Below the pieces are notes generated by a model, which was not told the origin of the DNA, did no database searches, and was given only the letters and a program-made list of their open reading frames with translations. A program made the translations under genes and the position numbers. Of a DNA stretch of 64,000 bases, positions 1 through 9,306 are shown piece after piece; position 1 is the first letter of the stretch, and each line of letters begins with the position of its first letter. The stretch covers positions 83,540-147,539 of the forward strand of contig CBDUPA010000012.1 of assembly GCA_965368975.1 (NCBI GenBank). Reading direction: 5' to 3'. The stretch is from an uncultured bacterium (GTDB lineage Bacteria; Acidobacteriota; Thermoanaerobaculia; Multivoradales; JAHZIX01).

Positions 1-613
1 GCAAGTACTGCAGCTGCGGCAGCTCGTGCTGCGCCGCCGCTGCCAGTCCCGGGCGGCGCAGCCGCAGCCAGACCTCGACCGCCGTAGCGTCTGTAGCGGT
101 CGCGTCCGCGAGCACGACGCCCGGGTGGAGCCTGGCGCGGTAGTCGTCGCTGCTGCGGCCACGGCGCACGGGCTCGGGGTCGAAGTCGGCGAACAGCTCG
201 GCTGCCGGACGCTGCAGCTCGCGCGCGGCTCGTTGCACGGGGTCGCTGTTCGTCGGCGGGATGGGTGTTGGTGGTAGGAGTGGCGGGGGCTCGCTCACCG
301 GAACCCGTGCGGCGCGCAGTTGCAGCACGTCGTCGATCGGCAGCACGTCGGGACGCGACCCCAGGTAGTCGGTGAACAGTTGGAAGGTAGGGCCCAGGTC
401 GCTGGCGGCGTCGATCAGGCGCTGCGCCCAGAGGCCGTCCGCGGCCTGGGAGTCGGTCGGGTTCGCGTCCGAGGAAGGTGTCGGGGCAGCCCCTCCGAAC
501 CAGCCCTGCTGCTCGAACCAGCTCGATCTTTCGAACAGGCCGTGCTGGGCCAGGCAGGCCTCGACGCGGTGACGAGCGTCGTCGCGGTGCACGCGGTGAC
601 CGGCGCGCCTCAC
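1..613 (-). CDS. ABC1/UbiB-family kinase-like protein, N-terminal part (gene runs off the window start)
   Basis: Absent from the ORF track because it is open at the window edge. Reverse-strand reading from GTG (613..611), preceded by GGAGG (complement of 620-624), gives MRRAGHRV...GPTFQLFTDYLGSRPDVLPIDDVLQLRAA.... This matches the ABC1 N-terminal 'GPTF-KLGQ-LS-R-D-LP' motif seen in the 1911..3563 paralogue. Start and stop overlap the upstream gene as GTGA. Confidence 0.55.
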   Translation of the reverse strand, partial: MRRAGHRVHRDDARHRVEACLAQHGLFERSSWFEQQGWFGGAAPTPSSDANPTDSQAADGLWAQRLIDAASDLGPTFQLFTDYLGSRPDVLPIDDVLQLRAARVPVSEPPPLLPPTPIPPTNSDPVQRAARELQRPAAELFADFDPEPVRRGRSSDDYRARLHPGVVLADATATDATAVEVWLRLRRPGLAAAAQHELPQLQYL

Positions 614-1914
614 GGTGCACCTCCGCCGACGGTTGCGTCTCGACCTGCTGGCGCGTCCCGATCTGCTGGCGCGCCTCGATATGCTGGCGTGCCGCGCTCG
701 CGGGCCGCTCGCGCCAGCTGGACCACCACCGCGCTGGCGCCCGGACCTCTGCCGCCGCTGGCGCCACCCTCGGCGTGGGCCAGCAGGGCACGCACCGGCT
801 CGATCAGCCGGACGTGCCAGGGGCTCGAGGTGACCGCTGGATGGTCGAGGAAGGCGTCGACCTCGGGGCCGGCGGGGGCCAGGCTGCGGCGCAGGAGCAG
901 GGCCGAGGCCACACCCTCGACGAAGGCGGCGTCGACCGCTTCGGGGTCGTGGCGCACGAAACGTTCGAGCACGAGAGGTCGCTCCAGGTTGACCAGGGTC
1001 GCGGCGTAGGCGATCCCGGCACTGCCGTTGTCGAGCGCCAGGCGATGCGGCGCTTCGTGCCGCAGGCGGCGCAGGGCGGCGTCGACAGTGCTGTAGCCCG
1101 GTAGCAGGTGCAGTGGCAGGAAGTAGAGCGCGCGCCCGACGCCGTGCCAGTAGACGACACTCACTGACGCTCTCGCGGCTGCCGGGTCCTGGCGCGCCAG
1201 CGCATCGCAAGCGCGGCCGAGGTCGGCGGTCAACTCGGGGAAGAAGCAGCGCACGGTGAGACCGAGGGCCTCCACCGCCGCGTCCTCGTGCGCGGTCTCG
1301 GCGTTGGCCTGGCACAGCGCCAGGAAGTCCTGCAGCACGCGGCGCGCGCCGTCGTCGTCGCCCGGCTGGAGAGCGGTGCACAGGTGTTCGGCCAGTGCCA
1401 TGCCCATGCCCAGGTGCGCCATGATCAGGGCGCCGTCGCTCAGCCGCAGGTCGTGCAGCAGACCGCGCGGTGCGGGGTCGTGGGCCAGCACGGCGGCGGC
1501 GTGGCCGTGACCGAGACCCTCGAGCAGCCAGGGCGCGTGGCTCGAGTCCAGGCCGAGAGCGTGCTCGGCGGCGACTTCGAAGACCTCGCGGCGCGCGGCC
1601 CGTTCATGAGGGCCGAGGCTGCTGCTGGCGCGGCGCACCAGGGTGTAGACCTCGAGCTTGTCGAGCAGTTCCTGGCGCACGGCGGTGCCGTCGGCGCTGG
1701 GGGCCAGGGCGCTCAGGGCGGCGTGGGTGTCGCTGGCCAGGCGCTCGCCGAAGCGGCGCCAGGTCGTCGCGGACAGGTCGCCGGGCAGCAGGTCGAACCA
1801 CTCGTTCTGGAAGTCGTCGCCGAGCCGGAAGAGGAGCTGCGGCAGCGGCGCCATGCGCCGGCGCGCGCGCAGGGAGAAGGCGTCGAGGGCGGCGGCGGCC
1901 GTGCGCAGGATCAC
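610..1914 (-). CDS. hypothetical protein (helical, Ala/His/Leu-rich; possibly DUF1702-like, not verifiable here)
   Basis: 434-aa ORF with GTG start. GTGA start/stop overlaps at both ends (1911-1914 and 610-613) tie it to the flanking ABC1-like genes. Recurrent H-G-x-G-x-A-L motifs (HLGMGMALAEHL, WHGVGRALYF). No confident family assignment by eye. Confidence 0.45.
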   Translation of the reverse strand: MILRTAAAALDAFSLRARRRMAPLPQLLFRLGDDFQNEWFDLLPGDLSATTWRRFGERLASDTHAALSALAPSADGTAVRQELLDKLEVYTLVRRASSSLGPHERAARREVFEVAAEHALGLDSSHAPWLLEGLGHGHAAAVLAHDPAPRGLLHDLRLSDGALIMAHLGMGMALAEHLCTALQPGDDDGARRVLQDFLALCQANAETAHEDAAVEALGLTVRCFFPELTADLGRACDALARQDPAAARASVSVVYWHGVGRALYFLPLHLLPGYSTVDAALRRLRHEAPHRLALDNGSAGIAYAATLVNLERPLVLERFVRHDPEAVDAAFVEGVASALLLRRSLAPAGPEVDAFLDHPAVTSSPWHVRLIEPVRALLAHAEGGASGGRGPGASAVVVQLARAARERGTPAYRGAPADRDAPAGRDATVGGGAP

Positions 1915-3563
1915 GCCAGGCTCCGCAGGTTCGCCGCCAGGGCCAGGGCGGTGGCGGTGGTGAAGGTGAGGGCGGCGGTGAGCAGGTTGAGGCCGAGCGC
2001 CGGGTCGGGCAGGGAGGCGGCGACGGCGGCGCCACCGAGGGTGGCCAGCGCCAGCTGCACGGCGCGCGTGCGCCGCTGCTTGCCGGGCTGTGACCGCAGG
2101 TGGACGCGCACCGGCACGTCACCGGTGTTCAGGCGGTCGAGCAGGCGTGCTCCGCGCGCCGGGCCGTCGTGCAGCAGCTGCGCCGAGGCGGTGGTCCAGT
2201 CGAGCAGAGAATCGCTGCTCAGCAAGCGGCCTCGGTACTGCCAGCGCAGCAGACCGGCGCAGCGCTCGGCCAGGTAGGCGCTGAGGTCGAAGTCAGGCTC
2301 GAAGCGGGTGACCAGGCCGTCGATGGCGATCGAGGAGCGGATGTACTTGATGACGTTGCGCTCGGGCATGACGTTGGTGCGCCGGGACAGGTGCAGCATT
2401 TCGGTCATCACGCGCGTGAAGTTGGCCACCAGGCGTGGCCCGTCGGGGCCGTCGGCATACCAATCCGCCGACAGCGTGTCGAGGCCGGCCCGGAAGCCCT
2501 CGAGGTCGGACCCGTCGTCCCAGATGGTGACGCGCAGGAATTGCTCGTGGAACGTGTCCATGTCGCCGCGGGCGAGCGCCAGTGTCATGCGCATCAGGTG
2601 GCGGCGGGCGTACTCGTTCATCACGCCGGTGATGCCGAAGTCGATGTAGCCGACCACGTTGCGGTCCAGAATCATCAAGTTGGCCGGGTGCAAGTCGGCG
2701 TGGTAGACGCCCAGCTCGAAAGCGTTGGCCAGGAAGTTGTCGATCACGTGGCTCGCCACCTGCCGGCGGTCGAACCCGCGGCTGGCCAGGCGGCGCGACA
2801 AGACCTCGTCGCCGTGCTCGCGGGCGCGCAGGTAGTCGAGCAGGGTGACGCCGTCCAGGAACTCGACCACCAGCGTTCGGCGCGTGGTGTAGCGGTCGTA
2901 GACGCGCGGCACGTACTGGCCCGCGCGCCCCTGGATCCGCTGGCGCAGCGTCTCGGAGCAGCGCGCTTCGTGACGGTAGTCGAGCTCTTCACGCGTCCAG
3001 TCGACGAACTCGCGCAGCGGCTCGAGTAGCCAGTACAGCGGCGCCAGGCGCAGCCCACGGATGGTGGCCATCAGCGCCAGCATCATGCGGATGTCGCTCT
3101 TGAATTCACTGTCGACGTTGGGCCGTTGCACCTTGACCGCGACCTTCTGCCCGTCGAGCCAGGCGACGTGGACCTGTCCCACCGAGGCGGTGGCCAGCGG
3201 TTCGCGCTCGATCGAGTCGAAAACCTCGTCGGGCGCGCGCCCGAGTTCTTCTTCGACGATGCGCTCGACGTCGTGCCAGCCGAACGGGTCGACCTGGTCG
3301 AGCAGCTTGAACAGGGCGTTGCAGTACGCTAGCGGCAGGATGTCCGGTTGCAGGGCCAGCATCTGTCCCAGCTTCACGAAGGTACCGCCCAGGTCTTCGA
3401 GCGCCAGCCGCAGGCGCTCGGGACCCGGCAAGGACGGCCCCCAGCGGCGCGCCGCCCAGCTGGGTCCGCGTTGATGCAGCAGGTGCCCTAGGAGATGCGC
3501 CAGTCCATGGCGCAGGGCGATGCCGGCGACATGCACGAAGCGGCGCGGGGTGGTGGCACGCAT
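1911..3563 (-). CDS. ABC1/UbiB (AarF/ADCK) family protein kinase
   Basis: 550 aa. Motifs: LEDLGGTFVKLGQMLALQPDILP, SVGQVHVAWLDGQKVAVKVQRPNV, GVYHADLHPANLMI, IDFGITG. Hydrophobic C-terminal tail. Confidence 0.85.
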   Translation of the reverse strand: MRATTPRRFVHVAGIALRHGLAHLLGHLLHQRGPSWAARRWGPSLPGPERLRLALEDLGGTFVKLGQMLALQPDILPLAYCNALFKLLDQVDPFGWHDVERIVEEELGRAPDEVFDSIEREPLATASVGQVHVAWLDGQKVAVKVQRPNVDSEFKSDIRMMLALMATIRGLRLAPLYWLLEPLREFVDWTREELDYRHEARCSETLRQRIQGRAGQYVPRVYDRYTTRRTLVVEFLDGVTLLDYLRAREHGDEVLSRRLASRGFDRRQVASHVIDNFLANAFELGVYHADLHPANLMILDRNVVGYIDFGITGVMNEYARRHLMRMTLALARGDMDTFHEQFLRVTIWDDGSDLEGFRAGLDTLSADWYADGPDGPRLVANFTRVMTEMLHLSRRTNVMPERNVIKYIRSSIAIDGLVTRFEPDFDLSAYLAERCAGLLRWQYRGRLLSSDSLLDWTTASAQLLHDGPARGARLLDRLNTGDVPVRVHLRSQPGKQRRTRAVQLALATLGGAAVAASLPDPALGLNLLTAALTFTTATALALAANLRSLA

Positions 3564-3567
3564 CGTC

Positions 3568-5250
3568 TCAGGCTCCAGCCTGGTCCAGAATGGAGCCGAA
3601 GAAGATCGACTTGCGGCGCTCCAGCATCTCGGCGATCGCGGCCTCCATGCGCTGGCGCACTTCCTGGCTCAGCTGGCGGACCAGCTCGGCGTCGTCGGCA
3701 GCGGCGGGGCCCTGCGCGTCGAAGTACTCGGCGACCGGCACGGGTTGCAGAAAGCGGGTGTGCCACTTGGAGGGCAGGGGCACGGTGCCCATGGTCGGGG
3801 TAATGGGCAGGTAGGGCCATTCGCTGAAGCGCTTGAACCAGCTCCAGTCGATGCGGCCGAAGATCGGGAAGATCTCGGCACTGCCGACGGTGACGAAGGG
3901 CACGATCGGTGCGCCGTGGCGTAGCGCCGCCTTGACGAATTCGTCGCGCCCGAAGCGCCCCAACTTGTAGGCGTCGCGGTAGGGCGTGAAGGCGCCGCGG
4001 ATGCCCTCGGGAAAGATGGCGAGGAGACCGTCGTTTTCGAGGATGCGGGCGCTGTTGTCGCGGCAGGCGTGCAGGCCGCCGCAGCGCAGCATGTAGGGCG
4101 CCAGGAAGGGAAACTTGACCAGCGTCGGATGGATCAGGAAGCGAGGGTAGCGCTGCAGCTCGCGCACCAGCAGGTGCAGCATCATGACGCCGTCCCAGGG
4201 CTGGTGGCCGCGGTGGACGCCGGCGAGCACCGCGCGCCCGCTGCGCGGCACGTGCTCCAGGCCCGCGACCTCGATGCGCCACCAGGCGTCGTGCAGGAAG
4301 CGGAAGAGCGTCTTGCCCAGGCGGCCGATGTACGCCGGGTCCATGCCGAAGTCGTCGTACCGGTTGGGCAGCGGCGACGCCGCGGAATTCTGCTGTGGGT
4401 CGCCCCGCGGCCCGGCGAAGGTGCGGGCGACCTCGGCGCTGGAGATGGCCGGTTCGACGCCCAGCTCGCGCCGCAACGTCTCGCCGCCGGCGGTCCAGCT
4501 GTGGCGCAGGTAGTCGCTGGCGTCGGCGGAGCGCGGCTGCAGCGGCGACGGCAGGCGACGGCTACCGGCGTGCCGTAGCGCCTGGCGCAGCGGTACGGCG
4601 ACCGGCGGCACGACGTGGTAGACACCGTTCTGCCCGCGCTGCACCCGGCGTTCGAGCAAGGCTTCGAGCGCGGCGGCCAGGTCGTCGAGACTGAGCAGTT
4701 GCACGGTCGGGTCGAATCCGACAGGCACGACAGCCCAGCGGCCGGGGTTTCGTCCGCTGAGCAGACGGGAGACGAGATCGTGGGCACCCGGCACCGGCGT
4801 GGGCGCCGGGCGCAGAATGGACAGGCGCGCGTCGGCGGCCGCGGCCAGTTCCGCGGCGCGCGCTTCCAAGGCCCGCCAGGCGTCGGCGATCGGATTGCGC
4901 TTGCGCGCCGCGCCGCGGTACTGCTCGCTCACCAGGCCCGCGTGGTGGTGGCTGGGAGCGTGGACGGCGGTGCTCGAGATCAGCACCAGGTGGCGCACCC
5001 CTGGTGGTAGTTCGTCGCTCGCCAGCGGTCCGCGCTGGCGCGCGGCGTCGAGCACGGCGGGGTCCCAGCACGGCGGCTGCGCCCACACGAGGGTGCTCGC
5101 CTCGGGGACCTCCTGTGTCGCTGCCGACTCGGGCGCAAACCACTGCCAGCTACCGCCCTGCCGCGCTTCCAGCGCTCGCTGCAGGTGGTCGCGCCAGGCA
5201 CCACGAGGGGCGCTGATGGCGACCGACGGACCGGCTGTGCCTTGGCTCAT
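3568..5250 (-). CDS. fusion protein: degenerate NAD-epimerase/SDR-like N-domain + lysophospholipid (PlsC/AGPAT-type) acyltransferase C-domain
   Basis: 560 aa. The C-terminal half has the acyltransferase blocks HRGHQPWD (H-x4-D) and FPEGIRG. The N-terminal half resembles the distal part of extended SDRs (LVLISSTAVH, ILRP, YHVV), but no GxxGxxG loop is visible. Confidence 0.7.
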   Translation of the reverse strand: MSQGTAGPSVAISAPRGAWRDHLQRALEARQGGSWQWFAPESAATQEVPEASTLVWAQPPCWDPAVLDAARQRGPLASDELPPGVRHLVLISSTAVHAPSHHHAGLVSEQYRGAARKRNPIADAWRALEARAAELAAAADARLSILRPAPTPVPGAHDLVSRLLSGRNPGRWAVVPVGFDPTVQLLSLDDLAAALEALLERRVQRGQNGVYHVVPPVAVPLRQALRHAGSRRLPSPLQPRSADASDYLRHSWTAGGETLRRELGVEPAISSAEVARTFAGPRGDPQQNSAASPLPNRYDDFGMDPAYIGRLGKTLFRFLHDAWWRIEVAGLEHVPRSGRAVLAGVHRGHQPWDGVMMLHLLVRELQRYPRFLIHPTLVKFPFLAPYMLRCGGLHACRDNSARILENDGLLAIFPEGIRGAFTPYRDAYKLGRFGRDEFVKAALRHGAPIVPFVTVGSAEIFPIFGRIDWSWFKRFSEWPYLPITPTMGTVPLPSKWHTRFLQPVPVAEYFDAQGPAAADDAELVRQLSQEVRQRMEAAIAEMLERRKSIFFGSILDQAGA

Positions 5251-5301
5251 GCGTCGTCTTCCTCAACTCCCCGGAAGCTGGCCACAGTCTCCAGCTCGCC
5301 G

Positions 5302-5606
5302 CTAGGCGGCGCTCTCGGCGGCCATCGCGGGTGCAGCGGCCGTCGCAGGTTCAGCAGTGGACGCCGTTCCCGCGTTCTTCAGAATCAGGTCGACGGCATC
5401 CTGGATCGTGCGCAACTGCTGCAGCCGTTCCTCCGGCAGCCCCAGCTGGAAGGCGTAGTCGATGTCGATGCCGATCTCGAGCAGCGACAGGGAGTCGAGG
5501 TCGAGATCGTCGAGAAACGAATCCTGATCGCCGATGGTTTCGGGGTCGATGCTGGTGATGCTGGCAATGATCTCTTTGACCTTGCTCCGAACTTCAGTTA
5601 CGTCCA
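5302..5606 (-). CDS. acyl carrier protein
   Basis: MDVTEVRSKVKEIIASITSIDPETIGDQDSFLDDLDLDSLSLLEI... carries the DSL phosphopantetheine-attachment motif. ATG at 5606 is preceded by GAGGAG. The track's upstream extension to 5640 is not needed. Ala/Thr-rich C-terminal tail. Confidence 0.85.
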
Positions 5607-5808
5607 TAGCAATTCTCCTCAGCCGGTTCCCGGGCCACATGGCCCACAGCGGGCACTCCGCAGAAGTCTCTTGCAGAGAAGGTGCTGAATACTACCAATT
5701 GCTGAAGGTTTGTGGTAGTCGGTTGACGGGATGACGTCGGACCAGGCGTCAGCCAGCCGGTGGACGCCAACCAGGGGACACCCGCCGCGCGCGCCGCGCG
5801 CACTGTGA

Positions 5809-6120
5809 TCACAGCTGTCTCCGGTCGAGTTGCAGGGCCACGGCTACCACCCGCACGACCAGTTGCACCCGACTATTGACCGCTAGCTTGCGGTAGATGC
5901 GTTCGAGATAGGTGTGCACGGTGTGCGGCGAGATACCCAAGTGCTGCGCGATGGTGATCTCCTTGCCATCGTCGAAGACGCCGCGCACAATCTGGAGCTC
6001 CCGCGGCGACAGCGCCAAGATCTCGGCCAACTCGTTCCACTGCGCGATGGAAAAGATCTCGTGACCCTCTGGCTCCCAAGGCTGCGATGGGTCAGGTAGG
6101 ACCCTCTGTGCCTTGGCCAT
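5809..6120 (-). CDS. LuxR/GerE-type helix-turn-helix transcriptional regulator (stand-alone, no receiver domain)
   Basis: 103 aa. LSPRELQIVRGVFDDGKEITIAQHLGISPHTVHTYLERIYRKLAV is a typical GerE HTH. GGAGGGAG Shine-Dalgarno lies upstream of the ATG. Confidence 0.8.
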   Translation of the reverse strand: MAKAQRVLPDPSQPWEPEGHEIFSIAQWNELAEILALSPRELQIVRGVFDDGKEITIAQHLGISPHTVHTYLERIYRKLAVNSRVQLVVRVVAVALQLDRRQL

Positions 6121-6441
6121 GTCTCCCTCCTCTCGATGCTGCCGACTTAGTTGAGACCAGGACCTGCCAAGGAAATAAATATCAGTCTTTCTTTAATCTT
6201 ATAGCAAGACGGATCTCTGTCGAAGTCCCCCGGCCAGACGTCGGCTCTCCAGGGGGCATTTGCATGTGGTCGCATCTACTAGATCCGAGCCCACACTGCG
6301 GTGCCGGGGGCTGCGCCCTCCGGCCCGGTCCCTCGGCGGATCGAGCGTCGCCCCCAGCGAACTGTGTGGACCACATCCCAGACCGTCTCCGCTACAATCC
6401 CCTCGACCCTTCGCCACTTTTCGCAACCGGGGGATTGCTGC

Positions 6442-9306
6442 ATGCCCGAGCCGCTGTCTGTTTTTATTTCCTACTCACAAAAAGACGAGGCCTACCGTGA
6501 GGCTTTCGTCACGCACTGCGCCACGTTGCAGCAGCAAGGCTGGATCGATGCCTGGCACGATGGCCTGATCCCAACTGGTGAGGAATGGGAAGATGCGATT
6601 CTGGGCAAGCTGCGGAGCGCTCAGTTCGTGATGTGCCTGGTGTCGGCGAACTCGCTGGCGTCGGAGTACTGCTGCAAAGAGCGCGACGATGCGTTGGCGC
6701 GCGGTAAGCAATGCCTGGTGATTCCAGTGATTCTGGACGACTGTGACTGGCAGGCTTCACCGTTCGGTCGGCTGCAAGCCTTGCCCAAGCAGGCGGCGAT
6801 TGTGCCGGTGGCACTGTGGGAGAACCAGAATAGCGGTTGGAACAGCGTCATCCAGAGTCTGCGGCAGCTGATCAGGGAATGGTTTCCCACTCGAGCGAAA
6901 CAGGCGGCCTGGCCGAAGCCCAAGGGGCAGGTTGACGTCAACATCCACCGCCTCCCCACTCCCGGCCCGACCTTCGTCGGCCGCACGGACGAACTCGCCC
7001 GCCTCGACGCTGCCTGGACGAATCCGGACGTCCGCATCTTCAGCGTCGTGGCCGCGGGTGGCTTCGGCAAGTCGGCGCTGGTGCACCGGTGGACGCAGCA
7101 GTTGCAGGCGGACGGCTGGCGGGGCGCGGAGCGGGTGTTTGCGTGGTCGTTCTACTCTCAGGGGACGGCGGAAGCCCCGCAAGCTGGAGAAAGAGGGTCT
7201 CGACGCACGGCGGCGTCGGGGGAGCCGTTCTTGATCGAGGCGTTGGAGTGGTTCGGATGGGAGGGAGGGATACCCGCTTCAGCGAACAAGAAGGGCGAAG
7301 TCCTCGCCGACCTCGTGGCATCGACACGCACGCTCCTGATCCTGGACGGCCTGGAACCACTGCAACAGAGCAGCGAACTCCCCGGCGAGGCGGGCCACCG
7401 ACTGCTCGACCCGGGGATCAAGGCGTTCTTGCGCCAGCTGGCGACGAGTAACGCCGAGGGATTGTGCGTGCTGACGACACGGCTGCAAGTTGCCGACCTG
7501 GCGTCGCGGGAGGCTTCGACGGCGCCGGTGCTGCGGTTGGAGAAGTTGGAGAAGGCGACGGGCGCGGCGTTGTTGGAGGCGGTGGGGGTGACGGGGCCTC
7601 GGAAGGAGCTGGAGCGGGTGAGCAAGGAGTTCGAGGGGCATGCGTTGACGTTGCAGCTCTTTGGGACCTACCTGGTGAGGTACCACGGCGGCGGCATCAA
7701 GCACCGGACGGAGGTGCCGTCGCTTGTGACCAAGAAGGGGTTCCAGAATCCGGTAGAACGGGTGTTCAAGGCGTACGTCGAGCAGATGACGCCGGAGCAG
7801 TTGCGGGTGTTGTTGCTGCTCGGGCTGTTCGACCGTCCCGCCGAGCCGGAGGCGGTGGAGGCGGTACGGGCGGAGCCGGCGATTGCGGGGCTGACGGAGG
7901 GGATCAGCGCGGCGGACGAGGAGGCGTGGGTGGATGCGGTTGTCGAGCTGGAAGACTTGGGGTTGTTGCGGCGGGAGGGAGGAGCCTTGGACGCTCACCC
8001 TCTGGTGCGCGAGAGCTTCGGCGCGCGGTTGCAGACGGAGCACGCGGAGGCGTGGCGACAGGGCAATCGGCGGCTGTACGAGTATTACCAGGCGTCGACG
8101 GACGAGTTCCCGGAGACGCTGGAGCAGATGCTGCCGCTGTACACGGCGGTGGTGCATGGGTGTCGGGCGGGGTTGGAGCAGGAGGCGCTGCACGAGGTGT
8201 TGTTCAAGCGCATCAAGCGGGCTAGCGAATTCTACAGCACCAAGAAGCTCGGCGCCTTCGGCTCGGAGCTGACGGCGTTAGCGGCGCTGTTCGAGCGGCC
8301 CTGGGACCGTCCCGCCGTCGCGCTGACGGCAGCGGCCCAGGCGTGGCTGCTCAACCAGGCCGCCTTCGTGCTGCGCGCCCTGGGGCGGCTGTCGGAGGCG
8401 GTGGCGCCGATGGAGGCGGCGCTGGAGCTCGGCATCAAGCAGGAGAACTGGAAAGCAGCCGCGACCCGTGCCAGCAACCTCAGCGAGCTGACGCTGACGC
8501 TGGGGCGGGTGGCGGATGCGGTCGAGTTCGGGGCGCGCGGCGTCGAGTTGGCGGATCGGAGTGGGGATGAGTTCCAACGCATGGGTAACCGCACCACCCA
8601 GGCCGACGCGCTGCACCAGGCCGGCGTAATCGAGGCCGAATCAGGCGACGCCAGCGCGGCGCGCTTCGCCGAGGCCGAAGCGCTGCAGGCGGAGCGGCAG
8701 CCGCAGTACCCGAAGCTGTACTCGGTTCAGGGCTACCAGTACTGCGACCTGCTGCTGACGCAGTGCGCGCGGGCTGTGGACGTCTCGGCCGTGGACCTCT
8801 CGGCGGGGGAGCGGGCGGAGAAGCTCGACGCGGTGCGGCAGCGGGCGGAGACGACGTTGGCGTGGTTGACCCAGGCAGGGAAAGACGTCCTATCTGTCGC
8901 CCTGGACCACCTGACGCTCGGCCGGGTCCACCTGGCCCTGGAGCAGGTGAGCGAAGCGGCCCTGGCGCTGGAGCGGGCGGTGGCGGGGCTGCGGCAGGCT
9001 GGACACGAGTGGTTTTTACCCGCTGGCCTGTTGGCCCGCGCCGCGCTGCACCGCCACACCGGCGACGGCACGTCCGCCCGCCGTGACCTCGACGAAGCGC
9101 TGGAGATCGCCGAGCGGGGATCGATGCGGCTGCACGAGGCGGATGCGCACCTGGAGTGGGCGCGGTTGTTGTTGTCGGAGGGGAAGGTCGAGGAGGCGCG
9201 GGGGCACGTGGCGGTGGCGCGGCGGATTGTGGACGAGACGGGGTATGGGCGGCGTCAGCCTGAGATTGCGGAATTAGAGGAAAGGTTGGCGGTAGGTTCT
9301 GGGTAG
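6442..9306 (+). CDS. TIR domain - STAND (NB-ARC-like) NTPase - TPR repeat protein
   Basis: N-terminus MPEPLSVFISYSQKDE...VMCLVSANSLASEYCCKE is TIR-like. Walker A is VVAAGGFGKSALV and Walker B-like is TLLILDGLEPL. The C-terminal ~450 aa is TPR-like. Start moved from 6301 to ATG 6442 so the protein begins at the TIR strand. Confidence 0.8.
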   Translation: MPEPLSVFISYSQKDEAYREAFVTHCATLQQQGWIDAWHDGLIPTGEEWEDAILGKLRSAQFVMCLVSANSLASEYCCKERDDALARGKQCLVIPVILDDCDWQASPFGRLQALPKQAAIVPVALWENQNSGWNSVIQSLRQLIREWFPTRAKQAAWPKPKGQVDVNIHRLPTPGPTFVGRTDELARLDAAWTNPDVRIFSVVAAGGFGKSALVHRWTQQLQADGWRGAERVFAWSFYSQGTAEAPQAGERGSRRTAASGEPFLIEALEWFGWEGGIPASANKKGEVLADLVASTRTLLILDGLEPLQQSSELPGEAGHRLLDPGIKAFLRQLATSNAEGLCVLTTRLQVADLASREASTAPVLRLEKLEKATGAALLEAVGVTGPRKELERVSKEFEGHALTLQLFGTYLVRYHGGGIKHRTEVPSLVTKKGFQNPVERVFKAYVEQMTPEQLRVLLLLGLFDRPAEPEAVEAVRAEPAIAGLTEGISAADEEAWVDAVVELEDLGLLRREGGALDAHPLVRESFGARLQTEHAEAWRQGNRRLYEYYQASTDEFPETLEQMLPLYTAVVHGCRAGLEQEALHEVLFKRIKRASEFYSTKKLGAFGSELTALAALFERPWDRPAVALTAAAQAWLLNQAAFVLRALGRLSEAVAPMEAALELGIKQENWKAAATRASNLSELTLTLGRVADAVEFGARGVELADRSGDEFQRMGNRTTQADALHQAGVIEAESGDASAARFAEAEALQAERQPQYPKLYSVQGYQYCDLLLTQCARAVDVSAVDLSAGERAEKLDAVRQRAETTLAWLTQAGKDVLSVALDHLTLGRVHLALEQVSEAALALERAVAGLRQAGHEWFLPAGLLARAALHRHTGDGTSARRDLDEALEIAERGSMRLHEADAHLEWARLLLSEGKVEEARGHVAVARRIVDETGYGRRQPEIAELEERLAVGSG

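Noticed and set aside
3488-5305. Multiple 100-260-aa ORFs in other frames over the acyltransferase gene (e.g. 3488..4282 -, 4182..4787 -, 4799..5305 +)
   Set aside because: These are Arg/Pro/Ala-rich out-of-frame products. The 3568..5250 frame carries the H-x4-D and FPEG acyltransferase blocks.
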